Below are positions 63,484-64,000 of a DNA stretch of 64,000 nt, one piece after another (position 1 is the first letter of the stretch; every line of letters begins with the position of its first letter). The stretch spans positions 1-64,000 of the forward strand of contig CAWDML010000004.1 in assembly GCA_963803435.1 (NCBI GenBank), written 5' to 3'. Both the position numbers and the translations under genes were made by a program. Origin of the DNA: an uncultured delta proteobacterium (lineage in GTDB: Bacteria; Myxococcota; Kuafuiibacteriia; Kuafuiibacteriales; Kuafuiibacteriaceae). The notes beneath the pieces were generated by a model. That model did not search any database and was not told the origin of the DNA. It worked only from the letters and a program-made list of their open reading frames with translations.

Positions 63484-64000
63484 ATGGCCGAGAACGAGAC
63501 GACGGAGACCGCGACCGCGAGCGAAAAGGCGCCGACGGAAGCGGGAACGAAGAACGGCGAGAGCGCCCTGCCGCACGAGCCTTCGCACGCACCCGAGCTC
63601 CCTGCGAACGAGATGTCGTTCGCCGAGATGTTCGAGCTCGCGGAACAACAATCGGATGATACCCGCAAGGCCGCCAAGAACGCCTTCGGCAATCTCCGCC
63701 CCGGCCAGGTGATCAACGCGAAGATCGTGGGCTTTTCCAACGACTCGGTCTTCCTGGACGTCGGCGCGAAGGCCGAGGGTGTGATCCCCAAGGCCGAGCT
63801 CGTCGATGCCCAAGGCGAGATGAAGCTGACGGAAGGCGACATCGTCGAGGCGCGGGTCCGCAAGTTCGAAGGCGGCACCGTGGTGCTCACGAAGGTGCTC
63901 CCGCATCAGAGCATCAAGAACCGCGAGCAGCTGCGCGAGGCGTATTCGATCGGCCTCCCGATCGAGGGCCGGGTCACCGAGAAGAACAAGGGTGGCTTCG
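63484..64000 (+). CDS. S1 RNA-binding domain protein (ribosomal protein S1-like), truncated by the window end
   Basis: Manual translation: 'SFAEMF..GQVINAKIV..VFLDVGAKAEGVIP..PIEGRVTEKNKGGF'. Confidence 0.85.
   Translation, partial: MAENETTETATASEKAPTEAGTKNGESALPHEPSHAPELPANEMSFAEMFELAEQQSDDTRKAAKNAFGNLRPGQVINAKIVGFSNDSVFLDVGAKAEGVIPKAELVDAQGEMKLTEGDIVEARVRKFEGGTVVLTKVLPHQSIKNREQLREAYSIGLPIEGRVTEKNKGGF

Overview
High-GC bacterial chromosomal segment whose gene content (DUF4388, CglD-like VWA lipoprotein, FHA-GAF cyclase, non-catalytic archaemetzincin, many Cys-rich lipoproteins) suggests Myxococcota. Several housekeeping genes are split by 1-nt indels, most likely long-read consensus errors. 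Core genes include queE, dnaJ, exbB/exbD, ino1, plsB, parB, bactofilin, pgm, fbaB, class III fbp, a cusCBA-like efflux operon, nnr, tsaE and an S1-domain protein. The standout is a mobile-DNA hotspot at 6.4-10.1 kb. A group II intron (7335-9992) sits in a heptamer repeat at the centre of a large palindromic array. Its reverse transcriptase gene is split just after the YADD codons by a second, ORF-deleted group II intron (8630-9395), whose predicted EBS1/EBS2 place a G opposite each paired synonymous position of R-Y-A-D-D. Beside it is one of two copies (6405-7047, 32085-33401) of a non-autonomous IS1182 derivative that carries a four-helix-bundle gene fragment and hexamer arrays and sits at CTAG stop codons. 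All calls come from reading motifs by eye; no database searches were run.
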